From the sequence record OM982647: a DNA stretch of 64,000 bases, one strand, 5' to 3'. The notes beneath the pieces are model-generated. The model saw only the letters and a list, made by a program, of their open reading frames with translations, had not been told where the DNA came from and did not search any database. The DNA comes from Escherichia phage ST2. Each line of letters starts with the position of its first letter. Position 1 is the stretch's first letter. Positions 51,118 through 60,151 of this stretch are shown here, piece after piece. The position numbers and the translations under genes were made by a program.

Positions 51118-52136
51118 ATCTTAGAATAATGAGATAATCTCATTTTAGCATGCAACCCACTTGAAATATTCTGTTTCATATATTCTAAAATTTCTTGTGG
51201 TGTTGCATTTTCTTTCATTACCATATCATTCACATCCTTTGATCTCCATGGAGCTCGATCCCAGAACATGACACGTTCGCCTGCATCAACTAATCGCTTC
51301 ATACGAGCTATAGTATCCGGATGCCTAGGTTCATTATCCATTACCCATACCCGACGTTCTTTAAATGGTACCACATCTAAATCTATTGAGCCGCCTGTAA
51401 TAGCGATTGCGTTTGGTATGAATAAACTATCAATAGGACCTTCCATTACCCAGACGTCCCCTTCCTTAACACGTTCAACACCATAAATTTTTGTTGCAGA
51501 CTCAAACGCTTTAATAGTGATATATTTCTGAGGAGCATCTTTACGAAGTGCACGTCCTTGGAACGACTCGGCCTTCCCATCTTTATTAAAAATAGGAATC
51601 ACTAAACGCGGTTCAGGAATCTCTTTCTTATACGTACCCGGTTGAATCTTGTTGACCAATTTGGGCCATTCTAATGTGAACCATAATCTGTTCCATGATT
51701 CTTTAGGAATACACCGAGACTTAACATATTTCACAATAGGATGCTCTTCAGGCAACTTGTCTAGACGAGAACAAGACGGCAAAGAATTTATAGTCTTTTT
51801 CTCTGGCTCCGGTTTAGCTTCAGGAACCTTTTCAATCTTTGGTTCCATTCTAGCTTTTTCTTTACGAACTTCCATTAGATATTCGCGATAAAGCTCTTCA
51901 TCATACTCTTTTAAGTATCCGGAAATTGTATTGTGGTATTGACAGTTATAGCAATGCACATTACCAGGAGTACCGCCATAATACCATCCGCGAGCTTTCA
52001 TTGCATCTGTCTGGGAGTCGCCACAAACTGGACATCGAAATGTTAATTTAAATGTGCTTGAATTATTGATTTGTCTAAAACGAGGTAGGTGAGAAAACGC
52101 ACGATAAGCAAATTCATTATCTATCCATTCAGCCAT
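51114..52136 (-). CDS. 61: DNA primase gp61
   Basis: zinc ribbon FRCPVCGDSQTD...CYNCQYH and Toprim region; start set at internal Met (AEWIDNEFAYRA) giving 341 aa as in T4 (track ORF extends to 52172). Confidence 0.95.
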   Translation of the reverse strand: MAEWIDNEFAYRAFSHLPRFRQINNSSTFKLTFRCPVCGDSQTDAMKARGWYYGGTPGNVHCYNCQYHNTISGYLKEYDEELYREYLMEVRKEKARMEPKIEKVPEAKPEPEKKTINSLPSCSRLDKLPEEHPIVKYVKSRCIPKESWNRLWFTLEWPKLVNKIQPGTYKKEIPEPRLVIPIFNKDGKAESFQGRALRKDAPQKYITIKAFESATKIYGVERVKEGDVWVMEGPIDSLFIPNAIAITGGSIDLDVVPFKERRVWVMDNEPRHPDTIARMKRLVDAGERVMFWDRAPWRSKDVNDMVMKENATPQEILEYMKQNISSGLHAKMRLSHYSKI

Positions 52137-52176
52137 AGTATTCTCCAGAGGCCTTAAATTAATAAGGCCCATCTTA

Positions 52177-52671
52177 TCACAACTTATTAATATTTACTTT
52201 AATTCGCTTTCTTTTCTTGGAAGGAATTTGTTCGGGACCTTTATTTACGACTGCACCTGTAGTTGTTCCTGATGCAATAGCTTGAGGGCTGCCACCTGAA
52301 TCGCCAGCAACCATATCCTCAAATAAAGGGAGCTCTTTAAATATTTCTTTCTGTTGTTCTTCCGTAATGTTATAGCGTGAAGCTACAGCACTCCAGGCAG
52401 ACATCATTGAGGCCATTCCATTAAGACCCGGAACAGTGCTCATCATTCGCTTCATTGAACGAACTGAAGCATGAAAAGGTGTATACGCCGCTTTTTCTTC
52501 GGGAGTAGAAGGACGTTTAAGAACACTTCCACGTTCATCGATGATTTTGGCGTCGTATGCTTTCCATTCGGTAAAAGGTTTTTGCATTAGTCGAATAAAC
52601 TTATATGCGTAAACAGAATCTATTGCAGTGTTAATAATACCCATAGGTACCTCCTGAGTATATTTAATCAA
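52177..52671 (-). CDS. hypothetical protein (61.1-like position)
   Basis: 164-aa ORF with basic C-terminus. Confidence 0.45.
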   Translation of the reverse strand: MIKYTQEVPMGIINTAIDSVYAYKFIRLMQKPFTEWKAYDAKIIDERGSVLKRPSTPEEKAAYTPFHASVRSMKRMMSTVPGLNGMASMMSAWSAVASRYNITEEQQKEIFKELPLFEDMVAGDSGGSPQAIASGTTTGAVVNKGPEQIPSKKRKRIKVNINKL

Positions 52672-52861
52672 TTACAAAGATTGCTTTGTCACCATTTATA
52701 TCTGTGACTTCATACGTAGTGCCTTCATACTGTGGAATATTCCAAATTACACCATCATTAGCTTTTACGCTAATATGGCATTGGTGTTTTGAAACAACTT
52801 CATAATCTTCAAAACTTGTAAAAACACTAATTTTAGAACCAGTGCAAATTGCAGTAGTCAT
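52664..52861 (-). CDS. hypothetical small protein
   Basis: 65-aa ORF. Confidence 0.35.
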   Translation of the reverse strand: MTTAICTGSKISVFTSFEDYEVVSKHQCHISVKANDGVIWNIPQYEGTTYEVTDINGDKAIFVID

Positions 52862-52862
52862 T

Positions 52863-53522
52863 TTAACCTCGATTCATAAATGCATTAAATATTTGGTCAT
52901 CAACAGAAATTTCTAATTCGACTTCAATTGCTTCGGCCTTTTCTTCAGGTGGTAATTCGTATCCACACACTACAATTTTTTCATCAATATCAAAATATAC
53001 AGAAGCAATACGATTAATGTTATTTTCGGTTAAGTCCAAATCAACATCAACATCTTTTTGACCTACACTTAAAGGATAACTAATACGGGTTATTTTATTA
53101 TCTTTAACAAAGAGTCCACCAACATACTCTGTACTACGTTTGAAGTCTACACGTTTCCGAAATGAAAGATATGATGCATCTTTACCGTGAGCTCGGCTCA
53201 TAGGACATAATGAATAGCTAGAATAAGAGATGTCAAATCCTACACCTTCAATATGAGCCAACGTGTCATGGTTAAACCAATTATAATCATATGCCAAATC
53301 CATTAAATTATAATATGTGAAAGGCACTGGATTAACATCGTACGTTGTACCTTTAAAATCTGCCCAGGCAACGATTTCGTTATCTTTAACAATTACAAAA
53401 ATTACACCAAGATGGTATCCGTTATTATTTTCATTCGGCGTTATATTATAACATTGTGCATTAGGAAATTTACCATATTTAAATGGTGCGTTTTTGTGCA
53501 TGTAATAAATCATATTATTCAC
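52863..53522 (-). CDS. hypothetical protein (61.2-like position)
   Basis: 219-aa ORF. Confidence 0.45.
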   Translation of the reverse strand: MNNMIYYMHKNAPFKYGKFPNAQCYNITPNENNNGYHLGVIFVIVKDNEIVAWADFKGTTYDVNPVPFTYYNLMDLAYDYNWFNHDTLAHIEGVGFDISYSSYSLCPMSRAHGKDASYLSFRKRVDFKRSTEYVGGLFVKDNKITRISYPLSVGQKDVDVDLDLTENNINRIASVYFDIDEKIVVCGYELPPEEKAEAIEVELEISVDDQIFNAFMNRG

Positions 53523-53808
53523 CTGTGATTTCGGTTACGATATCTTTGTTATCGAAATTAGGGTCACAATACAAGACATAGTTGTACTGCATGATACCGC
53601 CGGACTTAAGTTGGTCAACAACTTTATTAACCATATTAGGACGGTCTCGTTTAGTGATGTTCATGATATCAGAGAAGATTTGTTGTTCAACATCTTCTTG
53701 ATTTGCAGTCATTGACCACTCACAGAGGTCTTTATCATAACCTGCCGTAACTGGAGCTGGTGCACATGATACTGCAAGTAAGATTGCTGCCAATGATAAC
53801 TTTTTCAT
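53515..53808 (-). CDS. secreted periplasmic protein, Spackle-like (superinfection exclusion candidate)
   Basis: 97 aa with N-terminal signal peptide MKKLSLAAILLAVSCAPAPVTA; position matches T4 sp (61.3); size matches. Confidence 0.45.
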   Translation of the reverse strand: MKKLSLAAILLAVSCAPAPVTAGYDKDLCEWSMTANQEDVEQQIFSDIMNITKRDRPNMVNKVVDQLKSGGIMQYNYVLYCDPNFDNKDIVTEITGE

Positions 53809-53834
53809 TTTAGCTCCTTAGTTGATTTGATAGG

Positions 53835-53869
53835 ACTACTATACTATAGTCCATCTATAATGTAAACAA
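53835..53869 (-). promoter_or_regulatory. early promoter-like element (GTTTAC ... TATAGT) with GGACTA/TAGTCC inverted repeat
   Basis: read on minus strand upstream of the Spackle-like gene. Confidence 0.35.
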
Positions 53870-53871
53870 GT

Positions 53872-54120
53872 TTATTCTTTTTCGCTAATAATAATTACTT
53901 GTTGAGGCGGCTGAGCAGATTTCTTTTCGGCAACGATAGACCAAATTAAAGTTCCAATCCAACCGACCATCGTCCAGTTAAAGAGTAAAGATACAAAGAA
54001 GATTGCTGTTGTGCTTTTTGTGCCACGAATAAGTGCGATTACCCAAGGCAACATGTAAATGATGATTGAACCAATACCTGCAATTAAAACTGCTACTGAA
54101 CTAGCTACGAATAATTCCAT
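53872..54120 (-). CDS. small integral membrane protein (two TM helices)
   Basis: 82 aa; hydrophobic segments VAVLIAGIGSIIIYMLPWVIALI and AIFFVSLLFNWTMVGWIGTLIWSI. Confidence 0.45.
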   Translation of the reverse strand: MELFVASSVAVLIAGIGSIIIYMLPWVIALIRGTKSTTAIFFVSLLFNWTMVGWIGTLIWSIVAEKKSAQPPQQVIIISEKE

Positions 54121-54181
54121 GTTAATTTCCTCTTGATTTGTTATGTTTATAATATCTTGTTTTAACTTTGGCGTAAACCAA

Positions 54182-54550
54182 TTAATTAAATTTGTTTAAA
54201 CGTTCAATACACTGGATGTAGTTATTCGCGATTTGTTTCTGGGTAGGCTCTTTACCAGTTGTTTCAACATAGCGAATGAATGCGATTTCAGTAGCCTGTA
54301 AACAATGCTCTTTAACACGTTGTTCTTTTGTCATAGCTACAGTATCAGAATCACGATAACGTTGAGCATGAGCATCAGCTTGAATCATTCGATTACCTAC
54401 AGTAACCGGGTCTTCCACTTCAACTTTAGGTTGGTCATATTGTTTAACATTCGGATTGTAAATCAGTTGGCCAACGTTATTAGGGATAAAGCCATGAGCA
54501 CCACATCCGGTTAATCCGAATACCATTGCTAAAGCGATTAATTTTTTCAT
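54182..54550 (-). CDS. lipoprotein (signal peptide + lipobox LTGC)
   Basis: 122 aa; MKKLIALAMVFGLTGC... Confidence 0.5.
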   Translation of the reverse strand: MKKLIALAMVFGLTGCGAHGFIPNNVGQLIYNPNVKQYDQPKVEVEDPVTVGNRMIQADAHAQRYRDSDTVAMTKEQRVKEHCLQATEIAFIRYVETTGKEPTQKQIANNYIQCIERLNKFN

Positions 54551-54620
54551 TTCAATTTCCTCTGTAGTTGATAAAAAGATAGTAACACAGTATGTGGTGC
54601 TTGTAAACAGTTATTTAAAA

Positions 54621-54830
54621 TTATCGAAAATCTGCTTCGAAAACTTTCTCGTCATTAACAAATGCTTTAACCAGTGCACTGTTCACTTCAGCAAGTTGTA
54701 CCGCAACCCACTCGATTTCTTCACGGTCGCCTGATAACATGATATCTTTAGTGAACATCTCACCACTTTTAAACCAACCGATAAAAGTAACTTTAGTTAA
54801 TTTGCTCATATTTCCTCGCAAAATGCCCAT
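54621..54830 (-). CDS. hypothetical small protein (dmd/61.5-like position)
   Basis: 69-aa ORF (probably starting at an internal Met, about 62 aa) adjacent to the helicase-proximal end of the 61.x array. Confidence 0.3.
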   Translation of the reverse strand: MGILRGNMSKLTKVTFIGWFKSGEMFTKDIMLSGDREEIEWVAVQLAEVNSALVKAFVNDEKVFEADFR

Positions 54831-55123
54831 TCAGCGTGATAAACTGTAGCGCCTTTAGTATCATTCATTTGAACTACATCTACCGGAGAAATTACTCGAT
54901 AGAGACGTGGTTCACCTCCATAAGAGCGTGCTGCTCGTCCTGCATAAATCTTTGCTAAACCGATATCTTCAGTAAAGAATACACGATTCAGGTTTTTCTT
55001 ACGTCCAGTTTCAGACAGAACTCCTGTTTCCTCAGGAGGACAAAGCATGTTTTCGATGTTAGCTGAACTGCTTGAACCGTGATAAAAAATCTTAAATTCT
55101 GCTTTACAATCGATGGTTTTCAT
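54806..55123 (-). CDS. hypothetical protein
   Basis: 105-aa ORF with own early promoter. Confidence 0.4.
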   Translation of the reverse strand: MKTIDCKAEFKIFYHGSSSSANIENMLCPPEETGVLSETGRKKNLNRVFFTEDIGLAKIYAGRAARSYGGEPRLYRVISPVDVVQMNDTKGATVYHAEWAFCEEI

Positions 55124-55145
55124 TTTGTTCTCCAGTAGTTGATAG

Positions 55146-55180
55146 GTCTATAATAACACAACTACTGGAGAAGTAAACTT
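55146..55180 (-). promoter_or_regulatory. early promoter GTTTAC-N17-TATTATA flanked by 10-bp inverted repeat CCAGTAGTTG/CAACTACTGG
   Basis: seen directly. Confidence 0.4.
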
Positions 55181-55553
55181 AAAAACGTAATTTAGATACG
55201 TCTGCGTTGATTTCGTTTTGGTTTGCATCGTACGCAATTAAACGAACCGCTTTAGATGGGTCATTCAATGCATAGAAATGATGGAACATTGCTCGAACGA
55301 TATCACCATTTACGAGTTCTACTTGGATAGGAGAACCTTTTTCGAGTTGGAAATGTTCATAAGCTTTGATGGTTCGTAGATAATCAAGTTTTTGATTTCC
55401 AGCTCCAACTATTTGTACGATACGTTTGCCCATGTTTTCCATACGAGATACAATAGTTTTAGGAGCAAGAATAACGTAGGTTGCCAGCGGAGAAACTACT
55501 TCAACAGTTGTGTTTTCGGTGATTGCAGTAAAAATTGCTTGAGACATATTCAT
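55179..55553 (-). CDS. hypothetical protein
   Basis: 124-aa ORF. Confidence 0.4.
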   Translation of the reverse strand: MNMSQAIFTAITENTTVEVVSPLATYVILAPKTIVSRMENMGKRIVQIVGAGNQKLDYLRTIKAYEHFQLEKGSPIQVELVNGDIVRAMFHHFYALNDPSKAVRLIAYDANQNEINADVSKLRF

Positions 55554-55619
55554 AATGTTTTCCTCTTGGTTAGTGTAAGTACATCATATCATGCCTAGAG
55601 GAAGATGTAAACCCCGAAA

Positions 55620-55635
55620 GGAGACCGAAGTCTCC
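55620..55635 (-). terminator. terminator hairpin GGAGACttcgGTCTCC + U-run downstream of gene 41
   Basis: perfect stem; TTTTTATTA follows on plus strand, another complementary segment precedes. Confidence 0.5.
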
Positions 55636-55641
55636 TTTTTA

Positions 55642-57084
55642 TTAAAATTTTAACTCATTGGCTAAGCTATCTAGGTCAGCACGTGTTGCTTTGGCTTTAC
55701 CTACGCGTTCCGTACGATTCACCTCTGCCTGACGCATCTGAGCACCTGCGTTTTCATTTACTGTGTTAGGTGTGTTCATGCCTTCTTGCTCAATCTCAAT
55801 CCATTTCTGGTTGCCTTTACGTACACCCATCAGGAATTTATTCCACTTATTCTTATCGCCGTATCGTGATTTGATTTGTTTGATAAGTTGTTGTTCAGCT
55901 TGTGCAAGTTCTTCGGTTTCAATTACAGCCAACATGAAATCTGCCGTTGCTGGTAAACCTGCTGATTCTGCAATATCACTCATGTTCATATCCGAAGCAT
56001 CCCATGCTGCACGTCCTACTTGAGCTGCAGTCCATAGAACTGTTTCAGATTCTACTGCTAATGCACGAAGTTCTTCTGCGATAGCTTTAACTAATGTGTA
56101 GCTATTTTCAGTGTAAACTCTGATACGACAAGACCCACAAATACCTAAGTAATCAACCATGATTACAGATGGCACAAAGTTCTTCTTGAGTTTCAATTCA
56201 TTAAGCAATGCACGGAATGTATTAGCATTAGCTCCGCCAGTAGGATACTGTTTAACTACTAAACGTCCTAATGTGGATTTTGAACGCCATTTTTCCATCT
56301 TGGCTTTATATTCGGCATAAGATACGTTACCATCATCGATATCATCAAGTGATACGTCAAGCATGTTTGCATCTATACGCTTAGCACAAACTTCTTCAGC
56401 CATTTCCATGGAAATATAAAGAACGTTATGACCTGTTTGAAGATAATCTGCAGCAAGTGAACAAAGGCCTAAAGATTTACCAACGTTAACACCGGCCATT
56501 AAAACATTCAGTGTACCGGTTTCAGCACCACCTTTAGTGATTTTATTCAGAATGTTTAATTTGAACGGGACCTTACGTGCTTTATTTAGATAAGAAAGCC
56601 AGCGTGCTTCGTAGTCTTCCATCCAGTCATGTCCAACATAACTATCAAACGAAATTGAAAGTGCTTGACGCATAATATCAGGAATAGCTCCTACATCAGG
56701 CATTTTCTTGTTACGTTGTTCTGGAGGTAGTTCAGCATTAGACTGAATCTCAATGATTTTGGATGTAGCATTATACATCGCTTTTTGCTGGACATATTTC
56801 TCAGTTTCTTTAACCAACCATTCATGGTCTTCAGGAGTATCAGCCAATTTTTCAATTAGGTCTGAAGTTCCTTTATATTCGGCTTCAGTTAAAGAACTGT
56901 TATCTAAAGCCACCTTTAATGCATTGATAGATGGCATTGCATTATATTCGTTAACGTGGCTCTTTATAATTTTAAAGACATTTTTTGCCGGTCCACGCTC
57001 AAAATACTCAGAATCCATATAAGGCCAGACCTTAGAAAAATAAGCCTGGTCGTATACTAGATGAGACAAAATAATTTCTACCAC
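55642..57084 (-). CDS. 41: replicative DNA helicase gp41 (DnaB-like)
   Basis: 480 aa; Walker A GVNVGKS, RecA-like helicase domain; T4 position. Confidence 0.95.
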   Translation of the reverse strand: MVEIILSHLVYDQAYFSKVWPYMDSEYFERGPAKNVFKIIKSHVNEYNAMPSINALKVALDNSSLTEAEYKGTSDLIEKLADTPEDHEWLVKETEKYVQQKAMYNATSKIIEIQSNAELPPEQRNKKMPDVGAIPDIMRQALSISFDSYVGHDWMEDYEARWLSYLNKARKVPFKLNILNKITKGGAETGTLNVLMAGVNVGKSLGLCSLAADYLQTGHNVLYISMEMAEEVCAKRIDANMLDVSLDDIDDGNVSYAEYKAKMEKWRSKSTLGRLVVKQYPTGGANANTFRALLNELKLKKNFVPSVIMVDYLGICGSCRIRVYTENSYTLVKAIAEELRALAVESETVLWTAAQVGRAAWDASDMNMSDIAESAGLPATADFMLAVIETEELAQAEQQLIKQIKSRYGDKNKWNKFLMGVRKGNQKWIEIEQEGMNTPNTVNENAGAQMRQAEVNRTERVGKAKATRADLDSLANELKF

Positions 57085-57093
57085 GATAACTCC

Positions 57094-57456
57094 TTAAAAG
57101 AATTTAAATTTTTTCTTGGTTCGTTCATTAAAAGCTTGTTGTACTTGCATTGTAACACATTTTTCAACATGCTGTGCAAGTTCTGCTTTTCTGTCCTGGT
57201 CAAGAACTGCAAAGTCCATTACGATTTTACCATCAACCCAGTCTAGTTTTGTAATATAGACTATATGATGGGAACCGTCTTCAAGTGTAATCAGAATCTC
57301 TTGAATGACATTTTCCATTGCTGAACGGATAATTTTAAGAGATTCATTAAACACTCGTTCTTTGCGAATGTCTTCCCCTTCCGAAGAAGGGGATTCATCA
57401 ACGATTTCTATATTTAAATCATCGAGATTATTCATCGAAATCTTCCATTTCGTCAA
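57094..57456 (-). CDS. 40: gp40-like head vertex assembly protein
   Basis: 120-aa ORF between 41 and uvsX, as gene 40 in T4. Confidence 0.5.
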   Translation of the reverse strand: MTKWKISMNNLDDLNIEIVDESPSSEGEDIRKERVFNESLKIIRSAMENVIQEILITLEDGSHHIVYITKLDWVDGKIVMDFAVLDQDRKAELAQHVEKCVTMQVQQAFNERTKKKFKFF

Positions 57457-58600
57457 GGTCGTTTTCTATATCTGCTGCAGATGGAGCATCAGAAGTTTTA
57501 ACCGGAACTTTAGTTGTTGCTTTGCAATTAATAAGGTCGTTAACAGCGTCATCAACTTCTTTAATAGAAGAGATAGCACCTAGTTTATATTTAGTTTCAA
57601 TTGCATCTCGGAAAGGTTTGTGTTTAAACAAAGGTCCCCAGAATTCTACACAATCAGTAGCTTTAGCACGCCATGATTTTTCTTCACGAATCATTTCACC
57701 TGTTTCTTCGTCAAGGAATTCACGAGCATACCAACCGGCTTTAGGCTTAACTACAAAACCAATTTCAGTTGCCATTTCTAGCAAGCCGCTGAATGGGTCG
57801 ATACCACCATCAAAATTAACTGTGATTGGGAAAGTAGATTTTTCTTTAACTGTACGAGATTTTTCTGCTTTCAACGTGAAGTCATAACCGGTCAATTCTG
57901 TACCTTCTTTAACCTGACGTTTAGAGATAAAGAATACAGTGTTAGCAGAGTAAAGAATACCTGTACCACCACCCATAATCTCTTTAGGATATAGTCCGCC
58001 GATTTCCATTGCTGTATGGTTGATTGCAACACACGGAATATCTTTAATAGTCAGATAAGGAGTCACAATACGGAACAGAGATTTAAGTGCCTTAGCACGA
58101 GACATATCACCTACGACTTTCTCGTTCAATGCATCTTCGGTTTCTTTCTTAGATGCAGTATTACCGATCGAGTCAATAAAGATAATAACTTTATCACCGC
58201 GTTCAATAGCGTCAAGCTGATTAGTCATATCAACTTTAAGTTGTTCGACAGATTGAATCGGAGTATGAACTACACGGTCTAAATCAACACCCATCGAACG
58301 GAAGTAAGATTCTGAAGCACCGAATTCTGAGTCATAAAACAAACAGATTGCATCTTTATATTTCTTCATATACGCTGCAACCATAGTCAGCCCAAACAAC
58401 GTTTTAAAGTGTTTAGAAGGAGCAGCAAAAATAGTTAAGCCTGATTGCAACCCTGCATTCAGTGCACCACCTAATGCAATATTCAACATCGGAATACGAG
58501 TAGGGACTTCATCACGATTATTAAACAGCTTAGACTTAGTCAAGTCTGCAGTCATTTTAGAAGTAGAAGCTTTAATCAGACGAGATTTTAAATCAGACAT
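57428..58600 (-). CDS. uvsX: UvsX recombinase (RecA-like)
   Basis: 390 aa; RecA fold motifs (FAAPSKHFKT, IFIDSIGN) and length of T4 UvsX (391 aa). Confidence 0.95.
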   Translation of the reverse strand: MSDLKSRLIKASTSKMTADLTKSKLFNNRDEVPTRIPMLNIALGGALNAGLQSGLTIFAAPSKHFKTLFGLTMVAAYMKKYKDAICLFYDSEFGASESYFRSMGVDLDRVVHTPIQSVEQLKVDMTNQLDAIERGDKVIIFIDSIGNTASKKETEDALNEKVVGDMSRAKALKSLFRIVTPYLTIKDIPCVAINHTAMEIGGLYPKEIMGGGTGILYSANTVFFISKRQVKEGTELTGYDFTLKAEKSRTVKEKSTFPITVNFDGGIDPFSGLLEMATEIGFVVKPKAGWYAREFLDEETGEMIREEKSWRAKATDCVEFWGPLFKHKPFRDAIETKYKLGAISSIKEVDDAVNDLINCKATTKVPVKTSDAPSAADIENDLDEMEDFDE

Positions 58601-58698
58601 TGTATTTTTCCATAGGCATCATTATATTTTACTCATGTTTAAAAGATAAGACGATTATATACTAAGGGTTATACAGCATTTAAAACTTTAAATGGCTC

Positions 58699-59247
58699 TT
58701 AACGAGCCCATTTGATGATTTCTGTAATCAAACCATTACGTTCGCTTGCATTAAATCCTATAACTTTGTTAGCACCATCATGATTAAGTAATTGATACGT
58801 TTGGATTTTGTTATGAATTGCAAACTCTTCAAAATGTGAAATGACTGTATTAAAACCGAATGAAGACAAAGTAATAAGGTCGTCTTCAAAACTTTCAGTC
58901 ATTTCGTTACGTGTTAAAATAATTGTGAACACATCATGGTTTTGGCAAAGACGAACATAATCCTGTTCATAAACGTCAAGAACAGAGTCCGCATCTTGTC
59001 GAATACGTCCGTAAACCCAGTTACTAATATATCCACGATCTAACAGATAAATCTTAGTAGGGTCTAAATAATTCAACATCGTTTCGAAACAGCCAACTTC
59101 GTTTCGAGACTTAACATCGAAACGTCCATCAACTGTTCGTTTAGGGAAATCAATCTTTACATATCTTTCACTAATTTCCATTATGTCATTAATGAAAGTT
59201 GTTTTACCAGCATTATCCGGGCCATCTACTAAAATAATTTTAGCCAT
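58699..59247 (-). CDS. P-loop NTPase / nucleotide-kinase-like protein at the T4 bgt locus
   Basis: 182 aa; Walker A ILVDGPDNAGKTT at residues 5-17; small size typical of (d)NMP or sugar kinases; no similarity to T4 beta-glucosyltransferase. Confidence 0.55.
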   Translation of the reverse strand: MAKIILVDGPDNAGKTTFINDIMEISERYVKIDFPKRTVDGRFDVKSRNEVGCFETMLNYLDPTKIYLLDRGYISNWVYGRIRQDADSVLDVYEQDYVRLCQNHDVFTIILTRNEMTESFEDDLITLSSFGFNTVISHFEEFAIHNKIQTYQLLNHDGANKVIGFNASERNGLITEIIKWAR

Positions 59248-59248
59248 T

Positions 59249-60148
59249 TTATTCCTCGATTACGACATCTTCATATTTAGGTATATTATACGGTGAAGAA
59301 ATTAAAGCATTAAAGTAGATGAACTCACCAAGACCTGGATGGAATACTTCTTCAGGATTTTCGAAATATTGAATCTTCGGACGTCCTTTAAGAATTTGAT
59401 AGTACTCAGTTTTAGTTGGATTAAAAATTCGAATCAGCGCTTCTTCAGGATACTTATTTCTGTCGAAACTATTATTTGGATCAGTTATATAAAGCGGTTG
59501 ACCTAATTGAATTGCACATTCAACCACTTGTTCAAAACGATAGCACGGGTCACTAATTCGAAATGGATGAAAAATACCATCTAGATGAATAGGAGCCAAA
59601 TCACCTACAAGACGCTGCATGATGGAAGGACGTATAACTTTCTGCGTTACGATAATCTTATTACCATCTGCACCGGCGTTAACCAGCACTTCTTTTTGAC
59701 GTTCATTCAACACAGTAGTTTGAAGTGAACGATTAACCGACAACATATCGGTTTTTAAGAATTCATCAATATAAAAACGTGGTTTATTAGGGTCTGCAGT
59801 GATATTGAAATTGAATTCTACATCAAAAGCACCATCATATCCAGTGATATCTGTGATTAGAAAATCACAATCATAATAAGCAATTAATGAATCAACCACA
59901 AATTCATTTTCAGACCAGAAATATTTACGAGTGTTATACGCGTTATCTTTATACCATAATGGAACAAACTTAAATTCTGGGAAAAGACGTTCACATTCTT
60001 TAATATCAGATGCATTACGTGGATATGTAATCACATCACCTGGATTAGCACGGTGCAAATGAAGTTGGAAGTTGCCATCCTTAAGGATAGCATACTGTCC
60101 AGTTTCATAAGACCGCATACTCAAAATAGGTACGCGGAAAATAGCCAT
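59249..60148 (-). CDS. hypothetical protein, translationally coupled upstream partner of the P-loop protein
   Basis: 299-aa ORF ending 1 nt before the next start; AT-rich T4-like composition; its 5' flank is the abrupt junction with T7-like sequence. Confidence 0.5.
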   Translation of the reverse strand: MAIFRVPILSMRSYETGQYAILKDGNFQLHLHRANPGDVITYPRNASDIKECERLFPEFKFVPLWYKDNAYNTRKYFWSENEFVVDSLIAYYDCDFLITDITGYDGAFDVEFNFNITADPNKPRFYIDEFLKTDMLSVNRSLQTTVLNERQKEVLVNAGADGNKIIVTQKVIRPSIMQRLVGDLAPIHLDGIFHPFRISDPCYRFEQVVECAIQLGQPLYITDPNNSFDRNKYPEEALIRIFNPTKTEYYQILKGRPKIQYFENPEEVFHPGLGEFIYFNALISSPYNIPKYEDVVIEE

Positions 60149-60151
60149 TAG

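Noticed and set aside
54806-55123. Mini ADP-ribosyltransferase-like fold in the 105-aa ORF (FYHGS ... Y ... E)
   Set aside because: Based only on a few spaced residues in a very short protein; too weak to call without a profile search.
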